From positions 20,703-84,702 of IMG/VR virus record IMGVR_UViG_3300019776_000461: 64,000 nucleotides of DNA; one strand, written 5' to 3'. The position numbers and the translations under genes are program-made. The DNA comes from a virus. The notes beneath the pieces are model-generated. The model ran no database searches. It saw only the letters and a list, made by a program, of their open reading frames with translations, and was not told the DNA's origin. Shown piece after piece: positions 9,878 to 19,620 of this stretch. Every line of letters begins with the position of its first letter. Within the stretch, counting starts at the first letter, position 1.

Positions 9878-11098
9878 ATGTTTCAAAATAAACCATGCGT
9901 TTGTGTTCCACTATTTTCAAATGTGAACAAACATTCATCGGATACAGCAATAATAGGTATGTATTTTCTATTTACCGATGGAACTGATAGATATATAAAC
10001 TTTACGCATCCCGATGAACTTGAATCCGATATTGATTTATTGGAAATTAAGTTAACCCCAACTTCTCTTGTGTTTAATAAGAAAGGTATGCTTTATCATG
10101 GGTTCAATGAAGGAATTGACTTGAATTCATACTTACATTATTATATGAGTGATAATATAAATTCAAGAGAATTTTATCCAAAGGGTATGGAGATTTTATC
10201 CACCAAGTTCTTTAGAATAGAAGATTTAGGCCATGTTATACCGTTGGCAAATCAATTAGAGTGGGCAAAGAAGATTGGGGAATATGTTTTACAATTTAAC
10301 CCATTCGGTGATGATAAAGTAATAACCGAACAATGTATTGATTATTGCAATGACTTTACGAATGTTTTTTACCAAATAGAAAAGAATGAAATTCTTGTTG
10401 GTGATGAACGTAAAAAGCAAAACTATATGTGGTACACCGCAACAAGTAGACCGAGTAATGCTTGGAACAACTTTAACTTCTCAGCATTAAATAAAAAAGA
10501 CGGTACAAGAAATAAAATTCATTCAAGATTTGAAGGTGGTAAGATTGTTCAATTTGACTATGACGCTTTCCATATTAAACTATTAGCAAAAATGTTGGAT
10601 TATACATTCGACTACCACCCGTATGAACAAATAAAAAATGAATTGGGAATTGATGGGGAGTATGACGCATTCAAAACAAAAGTGTTCCAAAACATTTACG
10701 GTAGAATAACACCTGACTTTATTCAACATCCATTCTTTCAAAGTGTACAAGCGGTTATAGATGAGTTGTGGGAAGGGTATGAAAAGGATGGTTATGTTAA
10801 TTCACATTTCTATGGTAAACTATTCAGAGGTATTCAAGATCCAACACCGAATAAAGTATTTAATTATATACTTCAATCGTTGGAAACTGAATATAATGTG
10901 AAAAAGATTAAAAATGTTTTACCTGTTATTAACGATAAAAAGTCCATTTTCTCTATGTATTTGTACGATGCGTTCGTGTTTGATATACATCCAGACGAAG
11001 AAAACCTAATAAATTTATTAAAAAATATTTTTGAAACTGATGAAATGACAGTAAAAGTTTATGTTGGTGACGACTTTGGTGCTATTAAAAGAATTTAA
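9878..11098 (+). CDS. Short, divergent family A DNA polymerase-like protein
   Basis: ATSRPSN (~TGRLSS), QFDYDAFHIKLLA (motif A), KTKVFQNIYG (motif B), NYILQS, YLYDAFVFD (motif C with HDE->YDA). Confidence 0.7.
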   Translation: MFQNKPCVCVPLFSNVNKHSSDTAIIGMYFLFTDGTDRYINFTHPDELESDIDLLEIKLTPTSLVFNKKGMLYHGFNEGIDLNSYLHYYMSDNINSREFYPKGMEILSTKFFRIEDLGHVIPLANQLEWAKKIGEYVLQFNPFGDDKVITEQCIDYCNDFTNVFYQIEKNEILVGDERKKQNYMWYTATSRPSNAWNNFNFSALNKKDGTRNKIHSRFEGGKIVQFDYDAFHIKLLAKMLDYTFDYHPYEQIKNELGIDGEYDAFKTKVFQNIYGRITPDFIQHPFFQSVQAVIDELWEGYEKDGYVNSHFYGKLFRGIQDPTPNKVFNYILQSLETEYNVKKIKNVLPVINDKKSIFSMYLYDAFVFDIHPDEENLINLLKNIFETDEMTVKVYVGDDFGAIKRI

Positions 11099-11146
11099 TT
11101 TGATATTTATGTAAGTACAATTTATGTAAAAATCGAGAGAGAATTA

Positions 11147-11536
11147 TTGAAAACACAGTTAGTATGTACTTTTGCTAAAAAATATCAAATAGAAAGAACG
11201 CTGGATAACATAAAAGAAAATTTTAATGTATTAAACAACAAAGTTTTCTTATTCCGTTCTTTTGATGTTAAAGATGAATGCATCCTTTCTTATAATATTA
11301 TAATGGATACATACAAAAAGTTTTTACCCAATTCAATCATGGTTCATCAGAAGAAAGAAACAAATACGATATATACGATAAATGCCTTAAATGAACTGAT
11401 TATGAACTTAAATAATGGTGTATTGGATAAAAAGTACCCTATTGAATGGGAAAGATATAGAAATTGTGCTTTGTTGAAAAATAAAGACGGTTTCAAGGTT
11501 GTTAAAATAATACTAGTTAATATATATAATTTATAA
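11147..11536 (+). CDS. Hypothetical phage protein
   Basis: 129-aa ORF, TTG start with GAGAG upstream and TATTTAT at 11104. Confidence 0.7.
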   Translation: MKTQLVCTFAKKYQIERTLDNIKENFNVLNNKVFLFRSFDVKDECILSYNIIMDTYKKFLPNSIMVHQKKETNTIYTINALNELIMNLNNGVLDKKYPIEWERYRNCALLKNKDGFKVVKIILVNIYNL

Positions 11537-11543
11537 ACAATTA

Positions 11544-11551
11544 TATTTATA
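11544..11551 (+). promoter_or_regulatory. Putative late promoter TATTTATA
   Basis: Intergenic; heads the 11585-15086 block, which ends at a hairpin terminator. Confidence 0.55.
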
Positions 11552-11584
11552 GTATATGTATTACATTATATATTAGAAGAAAAT

Positions 11585-11902
11585 ATGAAAAAAGAAGAAC
11601 TTGTAGAAGTAATTACACAGAGAGTGATTGAAAAGCTCAACGAACGAATTTCATTATTGGAATCGAGCGGATTTGATATTATATTCAGTTCTCTTAGAAA
11701 AGAGTTGAATAAAATAGCTATATTACCAGATAATGTAATTGACGCAAGTCAGTATAAAGAACACGAAATAGTCGATGCTTTGAAGAAAATTGGTTATGAG
11801 TATAAAAAACCAATGGGTAATAAACTACATTTTTTTAATAAAAAAACAAGTATAAGTCTTTATCTAATTCAGAAAACTTTGAAAATAACACTTATGCCAT
11901 AA
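11585..11902 (+). CDS. Hypothetical protein
   Basis: 105-aa ORF in tight operon. Confidence 0.7.
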   Translation: MKKEELVEVITQRVIEKLNERISLLESSGFDIIFSSLRKELNKIAILPDNVIDASQYKEHEIVDALKKIGYEYKKPMGNKLHFFNKKTSISLYLIQKTLKITLMP

Positions 11903-11912
11903 GAGACATTAA

Positions 11913-12833
11913 ATGAAAAAAACACAGACTAACAAAGTAAGTATTATTAAAGAAGATGTTTCTTCTGCAAATATAAGCCCCATAAGTTACATGGTGTTTA
12001 TAGATATTTCTAGTTATCTATCAAAAGGGCGTGGTTTATTAAGTTCTATGTTTGCCGCTAAACCAAGTGAATCTATTACAAAATGGTTTGGTAAAGTAAA
12101 AGAAGATGAAACTTATAAGGAAAATGAAGAGGCATTCAAAGCTATTTCTTCAAGATTTATGGGCAATCCTATTTTGAAAAAACTTTATAGTTCAATAGAC
12201 AAACTTAAAACTGTTTCAACAGGGGAAACAGATCAAAGTGAAAGAGATAAAGATATTGAAAAATTATTGGGTAAAATTAGTTTATTTATTAAAAATAGAC
12301 TTACAAAAAAAGAAAGGGAACTTATTGGTAAAATGTCAACCGTAGTTAATTCAATTGGTAATAATATTTCCTCTGCAATAAAATCAGACTTAGAAGCAAT
12401 GGCAAAAGCAGAAGAACCAGAAAAACCAAAAGAAGAACCGAAGGAAGAACCCAAGAAAGAACCAGTAAAACCAATTGAAGCTCCAAAAGTAGAAGGAAAA
12501 GTAAATGAGCGATTGAAAAATAAAATTCAACCTACGAATGAAAACTTTCCAGGTCCAGGAGAAATAGTAGGTGCTAAGGATCTAGATTATGATATGTTGA
12601 GTTATTTTAATAGAATGAATAAAAAATTATCAATAGATACCAAGACCAAGAAAGGAATCTACGGTTCAGTTGCCAAGATGTATGGCAATTTTGTTTTCAA
12701 TGGAGATACCATAGATAAAAAAGATATATTACAAGTAAAGATACTAGAGTCTAATGTAAATGAGCGATTGAAGAACAAACTTCGTAAGAAAATCAAAGAA
12801 ATAATTAGAACACATATTATTAAATTAAAGTAA
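11913..12833 (+). CDS. Hypothetical (possible virion internal) protein with internal duplication
   Basis: 306-aa ORF; EPKEEP linker; VNERLKNK occurs twice. Confidence 0.7.
   Translation: MKKTQTNKVSIIKEDVSSANISPISYMVFIDISSYLSKGRGLLSSMFAAKPSESITKWFGKVKEDETYKENEEAFKAISSRFMGNPILKKLYSSIDKLKTVSTGETDQSERDKDIEKLLGKISLFIKNRLTKKERELIGKMSTVVNSIGNNISSAIKSDLEAMAKAEEPEKPKEEPKEEPKKEPVKPIEAPKVEGKVNERLKNKIQPTNENFPGPGEIVGAKDLDYDMLSYFNRMNKKLSIDTKTKKGIYGSVAKMYGNFVFNGDTIDKKDILQVKILESNVNERLKNKLRKKIKEIIRTHIIKLK
12501..12772 (+). repeat. 17-bp perfect direct repeat GTAAATGAGCGATTGAA (12501-12517, 12756-12772)
   Basis: Read directly; offset 255 nt = 85 codons, in frame. Confidence 0.85.
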
Positions 12834-12849
12834 ATTTGGAGTTTTTAAA

Positions 12850-13542
12850 ATGAAAAAGCAAAAAGACTTGGTAAACGAAGGTAGAAGAATCCAAGAAACT
12901 TTTTTGAAAAAAGTTAATGAGGGGTTTTTTGACAAAATAAAAGATGTATTCAGAGATTCAGAAGATTTTACAGCATTGATAAAGCAGTTTGCACCACTTG
13001 ACAGAGAAAAGGTGTTGAAAAAATCAGATGGTACAGTTGATGTTGCAGATAACTTTTGGGTTGATGGTACTAAAGAATGGATGGACGCTGACAAAAAAGG
13101 TTTAGCACTTGCAGTTAATAAAATTTTAAATAAAGGAATTTTACACATAATGAATATTACAGGACAACCAACTCTTTTCAAATTAGAAAGATGGCCAAAA
13201 ATATGTTCTGAAGTTAAGATTAGTAAATGTGACTTGGTTAGTTTTGAGGGATTTTCAATTCAACTTGAAGGTGGCGGTAAGGTAGAAGTAACTGAATGTG
13301 ATAATTTAAAATCTTTAAAAGGTCTTCCGTCATCACTAAAAGACTTCAGTTTTGGGTATGGTCTTTTCAAAAATTTTGAAGATTTTGGTGATGTTAAGCC
13401 AGCTCGAATAGTAACTTTACCTGGTACAACTAAGATGGCGGTTGAAGCATTAAAAGCAAGTAACAATGATGTTAAGGCAGCAGAAGCGGCGTTAAAGAAA
13501 CAAACAGGTATAACAATCAGTCTTCTTGTTCCTAAACAATAA
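12850..13542 (+). CDS. Hypothetical protein with LRR-like segment and UBA/EF-Ts-N-like C-terminus
   Basis: ECDNLKSLKGLP (LRR-like); AVEALKASNNDVKAAEAALKK (UBA-like). Confidence 0.55.
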   Translation: MKKQKDLVNEGRRIQETFLKKVNEGFFDKIKDVFRDSEDFTALIKQFAPLDREKVLKKSDGTVDVADNFWVDGTKEWMDADKKGLALAVNKILNKGILHIMNITGQPTLFKLERWPKICSEVKISKCDLVSFEGFSIQLEGGGKVEVTECDNLKSLKGLPSSLKDFSFGYGLFKNFEDFGDVKPARIVTLPGTTKMAVEALKASNNDVKAAEAALKKQTGITISLLVPKQ

Positions 13543-13548
13543 CTGTAC

Positions 13549-14178
13549 GTGATAAAGTTAATAGATATATTAAAAGAAATGGGTATCGATAAAGGCGCAT
13601 TTCATGGATTTGGAATGAAGCCAAAAGATATGAGGGTTGATACTTGTAATGTTGAATGGACAAGTCCAGACCAAGATACAGGCTGCCCTGCATTTTCTGA
13701 TTCAACTAAGATAACAGAAGAGGATATTACTAAGGCTATTGAATATCTAAATGAAGAAAAATTGAAAACATTAATAGCATATTCAAGAGGTGGTGCAATA
13801 TTATTACAAGCGTTATCGATGGGAGCTATGAAACCATCTACGGTTTATTTGGTAGCACCTGCTTGGAATAGACAATGGCCAACTGTTTCATTAACAGGTG
13901 GAGAAGTGAATGGTAGTGGAGCTATAATACACGGTGGTAGTGATAATATAGTTCCACTAAAACATTCTGTAATTTTGTCCAAAGCAAGTGGTATGCCGTT
14001 GTATGTGTTCCCTGGAATGAATCATGTTAATATATTAAAAAATAAAGATAATCCAACTTCTGGAATACTATTGAAAAACTTAGAAGATGCCATGGGAGTT
14101 TTACCAGATTGGGGTGAAAGTGGAAAAGCAACGGAGGAAGAGTTAAAAATGCAAGAAGAGTTTGTAAATAATATTTGA
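13549..14178 (+). CDS. Alpha/beta hydrolase
   Basis: AYSRGG nucleophile elbow, HGGSDNIVP (Asp), GMNH (His). Confidence 0.75.
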   Translation: MIKLIDILKEMGIDKGAFHGFGMKPKDMRVDTCNVEWTSPDQDTGCPAFSDSTKITEEDITKAIEYLNEEKLKTLIAYSRGGAILLQALSMGAMKPSTVYLVAPAWNRQWPTVSLTGGEVNGSGAIIHGGSDNIVPLKHSVILSKASGMPLYVFPGMNHVNILKNKDNPTSGILLKNLEDAMGVLPDWGESGKATEEELKMQEEFVNNI

Positions 14179-14186
14179 GAAACAGG

Positions 14187-15086
14187 ATGAGTAAATTAAG
14201 TGTATTATTGGATGAAGTTAGAGATTTCAAAAAAAATGCAATATACAATGCTAAACTTCGTCTTAGAGAAACACTCATTAACGAAGAGGGTGAAGATGAA
14301 GCACAAGATGAAATAAAAGCAATTCTTAAAAAAGATTACTCTACATTTGTTAAAGAGTTGGGTGACAATATAAAAGATGAAAAATTTCTAAATGCTATAA
14401 AATCACTTTCTGATAAACAACCTGTTAAAGTATCAGGAATGTCTCCAGGAGTTACAGATTTACAACCAACACAGAATGAAGTTGTAATGGATAAATCTTT
14501 AAGTTATCCGCTAACAGATGTACCAAGTGCTGAACAATACTTAAAAGGCGGAGTTGTTGCAGTTGCAGGAAAATCAATTATAACATCAGGCGGTGGCAAG
14601 TATGTAATAGATGGACACCACAGATGGTCACAAGTTTTGTGTATTAATCCCGATGCTAAAATTAAAGCGTTAGATTTAACAGACATTAAAAATCCGATTG
14701 ACGCATTAAAAGCAACACAGATTGGAATAGCTGCACAAGCAGGTACAGTTCCAACCGCAGCAGGTGGTGGTGTAAATCTCTTCACAGTTAGTGAAGGTGA
14801 GTTAAAAAAATATGTTCTTGATAAAATAAAAGAGCCAGTTGTTGCTGTATTTGAAAAATATGGTAAAGGTGATACACCAGAAGCAATTGCAGATTATATT
14901 TGGGAAAATGTTCAGGTACTTAAAAAACAATCTCCGCCAGTAGCAGGTGCACCTAAGCGCGATGTGATGCCACAAACAGATGATGCACCACAATGGGTTG
15001 ATAATACTTTCAATGTAGAAAAATTACCTGAAGAATTAACTAATCGCTTCAAAGAACTATTACGATATAACAACAGAGATAAATAA
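14187..15086 (+). CDS. ParB/Srx-like N-terminal domain protein
   Basis: LQPTQ...YVIDGHHRW motif; ATG 14187 has AGG upstream. Confidence 0.7.
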   Translation: MSKLSVLLDEVRDFKKNAIYNAKLRLRETLINEEGEDEAQDEIKAILKKDYSTFVKELGDNIKDEKFLNAIKSLSDKQPVKVSGMSPGVTDLQPTQNEVVMDKSLSYPLTDVPSAEQYLKGGVVAVAGKSIITSGGGKYVIDGHHRWSQVLCINPDAKIKALDLTDIKNPIDALKATQIGIAAQAGTVPTAAGGGVNLFTVSEGELKKYVLDKIKEPVVAVFEKYGKGDTPEAIADYIWENVQVLKKQSPPVAGAPKRDVMPQTDDAPQWVDNTFNVEKLPEELTNRFKELLRYNNRDK

Positions 15087-15092
15087 AAATAC

Positions 15093-15120
15093 TGGGGACA
15101 AACGTCCCCATATTTATTTT
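15093..15120 (+). terminator. Rho-independent terminator
   Basis: TGGGGAC-AAAC-GTCCCCA followed by TATTTATTTT. Confidence 0.75.
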
Positions 15121-15128
15121 ATATAAAA

Positions 15129-15160
15129 TTTGAATATTAAACATTAAAACATTATATTTG
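15129..15160 (+). promoter_or_regulatory. Bacteroidota/FCB-type promoter (TTTG-N20-TATATTTG) for the replication operon
   Basis: Matches the -33 TTTG / -7 TAnnTTTG consensus. Confidence 0.75.
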
Positions 15161-15220
15161 TACTAACATATTGAACGATATGAGTTCAACATTATTTATT
15201 ATTTATTAAGGAGTTACATC

Positions 15221-15994
15221 ATGGCTATCAATCTTGATGCAATTAAAAATCGTTTGTCTTCATTAAAAAACACAAACAATCGTGTTTCAAACATTTGGAA
15301 ACCAGAACCAGGTGAACATCAAATTAGAATTGTTCCCTACGTTCACAACTTAGAAAATCCATTCATTGACCTTTACTTTCATTACAACATAGGGAAGCGT
15401 TCAGTTCTTTCTCCTGTAACATACGGTCGTCCTGACCCTATCCTTGAGTTTGCTGAGAAGTTAAAACAAACAGGTGACAAAGAAGATTGGCTAATGGGGA
15501 GAAAACTTGAACCAAAAATGAGAACATATTTACCAGTTATTATTCGTGGGCAAGAATCAGAGGGTGTAAAGTTTTGGGGATTCGGTAAACAAATTTATGA
15601 AGAATTATTAACATTCTTCGCTGATGAAGATTACGGTGATTTATCAGATCCTAAAAGTGGCCGTGATATTGTAGTTACTGTTAAGTCAGCGGAAGAAGTC
15701 GGTAAGTCTTATGCAGAAACATCTATTCGTGTTAAACCAAAACAAACACCACTTACAGAAAATCCTGCAGTCCTTGAAAAAGTTAAACAGCAACCAAAAA
15801 TGACTGAACTTTATCCAGAGCCTTCTTATGATGAACTTAAATCACAACTTCATTCTTGGATGGGTTCTAACCAAGAAGAATCAGAAGACGTTGTAAAAAA
15901 ATCTACAAAAAGTACACAAACTAAATCTGTAACTGGTGATGAACCTGTAAAGGCAACTGCTAGTGTTGCTTCTTCTTTTGATGACTTATTTTAA
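15221..15994 (+). CDS. Single-stranded DNA-binding protein (gp32-like)
   Basis: WKPEPGEHQIRIVP, YFHY, GVKFWGFGKQIY, DPKSGRD and acidic SFDDLF tail; directly precedes recA. Confidence 0.75.
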   Translation: MAINLDAIKNRLSSLKNTNNRVSNIWKPEPGEHQIRIVPYVHNLENPFIDLYFHYNIGKRSVLSPVTYGRPDPILEFAEKLKQTGDKEDWLMGRKLEPKMRTYLPVIIRGQESEGVKFWGFGKQIYEELLTFFADEDYGDLSDPKSGRDIVVTVKSAEEVGKSYAETSIRVKPKQTPLTENPAVLEKVKQQPKMTELYPEPSYDELKSQLHSWMGSNQEESEDVVKKSTKSTQTKSVTGDEPVKATASVASSFDDLF

Positions 15995-16008
15995 TAGGGA
16001 TACACGTT

Positions 16009-17154
16009 ATGGCAAAATCAAAGAGTGATTTATCCGATGAACTCGGTGGAGTCATTGCAGAAACAATAAATAAAAAGTTCAAAGAACAAAACTACAAGAC
16101 TGCTTATTTTCTTGAGGGTGATAGTGACGCACCTACAATTGTAAAAGAGTGGGTTGGAACTGGTTCAACAATTCTTGATTTGGCAATTTCAAATCGTAAG
16201 AATGGTGGATTTCCAGTCGGTAGAGTGTGTGAAATAACAGGACTTGAGCAATCAGGTAAATCATTGTTAGCAGCACATGCATTACTAAACACTCAAAGAA
16301 AAGGCGGACTTGCTGTTTACATAGATACAGAAAATGCTATCTCTACTGAATATCTAACCGCAATTGGTTTGAACCTTAAAGATATGCTCTACATTCCATT
16401 GGAAACCGTAGAGGATGTGTTTGAAGCAGTTGAGGTTATTATTGAGAAGGTTCGTTCTTCCGATAAAAATAAATTGGTTACGATAGTTATTGATTCTATT
16501 GCAGGTGCATCTACTAAAACAGAGATGGCTGCAGATTTTGATAAAGATGGTTATGCTACGGCAAAGGCACTTATCATTTCAAAAGCAATGAGAAAAATAA
16601 CAAATTTAATCGGTAGAGAACGCATTTGTCTTATTATCACAAATCAACTTCGTCAAAAACTAAATGCTCCTGCATTCTCTGACCCATGGACAACACCAGG
16701 TGGTAAAGGCATTCCTTTCCATGCTTCTGTTCGTCTTCGTCTTTCATCAGTCGGTGCTATTAAAGCTAAGATTGAAGGACACGATGAAGTAGTGGGTTCG
16801 AGAGTAAAAGCAAAATTAGTAAAGAACAGAGTTGGTCCACCATTACGAGAATGTGAATATGAGATTTATTTTGATTCGGGTATTGACGATTATAGCAGTT
16901 GGCTTACTACGATGAAGGATTATAATCTTGTTGCACAAGCAGGTGCTTGGTATTCATGGACAAACAAAGAAACGGGTGAAGTTATTAAATTTCAATCGAA
17001 AGACTTTGTTGAAAAAATCATGAACGTTCCAAAATTAAAGGAAATGGTTTATGATGAAATTGCCGAGAAGGTAATTATGAAATACCAACAACTCGATGCT
17101 GCTCGTATTGATGAAGTAGTTATTTCAAATCAATCAATTGATGATGAAATATAA
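16009..17154 (+). CDS. recA: RecA/UvsX recombinase
   Basis: GLEQSGKS Walker A, YIDTE, VIDSIA, NQLRQK, TPGGKGIPFHASVRL, KNRVGPP. Confidence 0.95.
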   Translation: MAKSKSDLSDELGGVIAETINKKFKEQNYKTAYFLEGDSDAPTIVKEWVGTGSTILDLAISNRKNGGFPVGRVCEITGLEQSGKSLLAAHALLNTQRKGGLAVYIDTENAISTEYLTAIGLNLKDMLYIPLETVEDVFEAVEVIIEKVRSSDKNKLVTIVIDSIAGASTKTEMAADFDKDGYATAKALIISKAMRKITNLIGRERICLIITNQLRQKLNAPAFSDPWTTPGGKGIPFHASVRLRLSSVGAIKAKIEGHDEVVGSRVKAKLVKNRVGPPLRECEYEIYFDSGIDDYSSWLTTMKDYNLVAQAGAWYSWTNKETGEVIKFQSKDFVEKIMNVPKLKEMVYDEIAEKVIMKYQQLDAARIDEVVISNQSIDDEI

Positions 17155-18197
17155 TGAACAAGTATCAGAAACTACTTCAAGAAATTGAAACCGAGAAAGA
17201 ACTACAAGATAGTTTACACCGTGATAGTAAGGTTTTGATCGTAGATGGAATGAACTTATTTATAAGAACATTCTCAGCTATTCCTACTCTTAACGAGGAT
17301 GGGCAACACATTGGCGGTCTCTCTGGTTTTCTCCAATCATTGGCTGCAACAGTCCGCATGGTTAATCCCACGCGGGTTGTTGTAGTGTTTGATGGGAAGG
17401 GTGGTTCACAAAGAAGAAAGAAAATATATTCAAATTACAAGGAAGGCAGGGCAATCAAATCTAAATTGAATAGGGTTGCGGGTTTTGAGAATCTTGAGGA
17501 TGAACAAAAGTCTATGAGGTTTCAGCTGTTTCGTCTGTTTTCATATTTACAGAATTTGCCATTAACCATTATATCGATGGATAATATTGAGGCGGATGAT
17601 GTGATTGCTTACCTTTCCTTTTATTTCAAAGAAAAATCTATTATATTATCGAACGATAGAGATTTTTTACAGTTGGTATCGGAACAAGTTTCTGTTTATT
17701 TACCAACGAAAAAAAAGTTATATACACCAGAAAATCTGTTAGAAGAAACTGGAGTATGGTGTGAGAATTTTATTTTATTCAAAGCATTATTAGGTGATAA
17801 AAGCGATAACATTAAAGGTATTAATGGACTCGGTGAAAAAACAATATTGAAACATTTTCCAATGCTTTCAGAAAAAAGAAAAATTGATTTAGATATGTTC
17901 GTAGAATTTTGTAAATTGTATGATAATAAATCTAAAGCAATCAATGAACTCAAGAATAATATTAGTATATTAGAAACTAACTATGAGATTATGCAATTAC
18001 ATGATGTTGATATTTCACAAAGTTTCAAATCATCTATACGTGGCATGGTTGATGGAGAAATCCAAGTACTAAATAAAATTGAGTTAGATAAATTATTTAT
18101 AGCAGATAAATTATACGCTGCTATACCTAATTTTGAATATTGGTTACAAAGAAATTTTGGAAATCTAAATACGATTCGGAATATATATGCAGGATAA
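17154..18197 (+). CDS. 5'-3' exonuclease / T4 RNase H-like (FEN family)
   Basis: IVDGMN, VFDG, YKEGR, EADDVI, SNDRDFLQL, GDKSDNIKGINGLGEKT. Confidence 0.92.
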   Translation: MNKYQKLLQEIETEKELQDSLHRDSKVLIVDGMNLFIRTFSAIPTLNEDGQHIGGLSGFLQSLAATVRMVNPTRVVVVFDGKGGSQRRKKIYSNYKEGRAIKSKLNRVAGFENLEDEQKSMRFQLFRLFSYLQNLPLTIISMDNIEADDVIAYLSFYFKEKSIILSNDRDFLQLVSEQVSVYLPTKKKLYTPENLLEETGVWCENFILFKALLGDKSDNIKGINGLGEKTILKHFPMLSEKRKIDLDMFVEFCKLYDNKSKAINELKNNISILETNYEIMQLHDVDISQSFKSSIRGMVDGEIQVLNKIELDKLFIADKLYAAIPNFEYWLQRNFGNLNTIRNIYAG

Positions 18198-19539
18198 TTT
18201 ATCCCAATACGGTCAAACATTTCAAACTAAAGTAATTATATCACTATTAAAAGACAGAGAATTCCTACAACAAGTGTCAGACCTTATAGATCCAACTTAT
18301 TTTGAATCACAGGCAAACTCTTGGTTGGTTGAGAAGATTATTTCTTATTATGAGAAATATAAAAGTCCACCAACATCAGATGTATTCAAGTCTGAATTAC
18401 TAACGGTAGACGATAAAATATTGAAAACAACGGTAGTTGATGCACTTAAACAGGTAAAAAAGTACACAGACAATTCCGATGATGAATATGTTAAAAATAC
18501 CGTACTTGAATTTTGTAAAAATCAAAAGATGAAAATAGCGATATTAGAATCAGTTGATTTGTTAAGAAGTGGTAAGTATGATTTGATTAAAAAGAAAGTT
18601 GATAATGCACTCAAAGCAGGTGCTGATAAAGATATTGGACATGAGTATAAGATAGATGTTATATCTCGCTATGCAGAAGGTGCAAGAGAATGTATTAAAA
18701 CTGGTTGGAATGTTATTGATGACATTATGAGTGGTGGATTGGCAGCAGGAGAACTTGGTGTGTTAGTTGCTCCAGCAGGTGGTGGTAAGTCATGGGGCTT
18801 AGTAAGTTTGGCTGCAAACGCTGTGAAGAACGGTAAGCGTGTTATTTACTATACACTTGAACTGAATCAACATTATGTTGCAAGAAGATTCGATGCTTAC
18901 TTCACAAAGATTGCTTTCCAAAACTTAGGTGAAGAACACGCACAAGAAAAAATTAAAACGGCTATGGAGAACTTAGCAGGTGAATTAGTTGTTAAGTATT
19001 ATCCAACAAAAACACCGTCAATCAATACACTAACTTCTCATATTGAGAAATGTATCAGTCAAGGTAAACCACCTGATTTGATTATTATTGATTATGCAGA
19101 CTTGATTAAACCAGCAAAAGCAGGCGATAAGAGATTAGAACTGAATGATATTTACGAAGATATACGTGGTATTGCAGGTTTATATAAAATTCCAATTTGG
19201 ACTGCTTCACAAGCAAATCGTTCTTCATTAGAAGACGATGTTATTGAAGGCGGTAAAGTTTCAGAATCATATAATAAAATGATGATTGCTGACTTTGTAA
19301 TGTCATTGTCAAGAAAGTTGGATGATAAAGTTGGTGGCACAGGTAGATGGCATATTATTAAAAATAGATTTGGTCCAGATGGAATGACGTTTCCAAGTAA
19401 GGTAAATACAATGACTGGCCACATAGATATATACGAACCGAACTCTGATATGGGTAAAACGGTAACGGTTACTATGAAAGGCGAAAAGAATGTAAAGAAA
19501 GCACTTTCACAAAAATTCAAAGAATTAGAAGGATTCTAA
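18187..19539 (+). CDS. DnaB-like replicative helicase (gp41-like)
   Basis: APAGGGKS Walker A, YTLEL, IIDYADL, WTASQANR, KNRFG. Confidence 0.92.
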   Translation: MQDNLSQYGQTFQTKVIISLLKDREFLQQVSDLIDPTYFESQANSWLVEKIISYYEKYKSPPTSDVFKSELLTVDDKILKTTVVDALKQVKKYTDNSDDEYVKNTVLEFCKNQKMKIAILESVDLLRSGKYDLIKKKVDNALKAGADKDIGHEYKIDVISRYAEGARECIKTGWNVIDDIMSGGLAAGELGVLVAPAGGGKSWGLVSLAANAVKNGKRVIYYTLELNQHYVARRFDAYFTKIAFQNLGEEHAQEKIKTAMENLAGELVVKYYPTKTPSINTLTSHIEKCISQGKPPDLIIIDYADLIKPAKAGDKRLELNDIYEDIRGIAGLYKIPIWTASQANRSSLEDDVIEGGKVSESYNKMMIADFVMSLSRKLDDKVGGTGRWHIIKNRFGPDGMTFPSKVNTMTGHIDIYEPNSDMGKTVTVTMKGEKNVKKALSQKFKELEGF

Positions 19540-19620
19540 TACTTATATAACGCAATCGTTTTATATTCATGTTTCGTTGTTACGAATAATAACATGATTA
19601 TTCACAAACGAGAGTTGAGA

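Noticed and set aside
15167-15189. H-type pseudoknot in the SSB leader
   Set aside because: The connecting loop would be 1 nt, too short; treated as alternative hairpins
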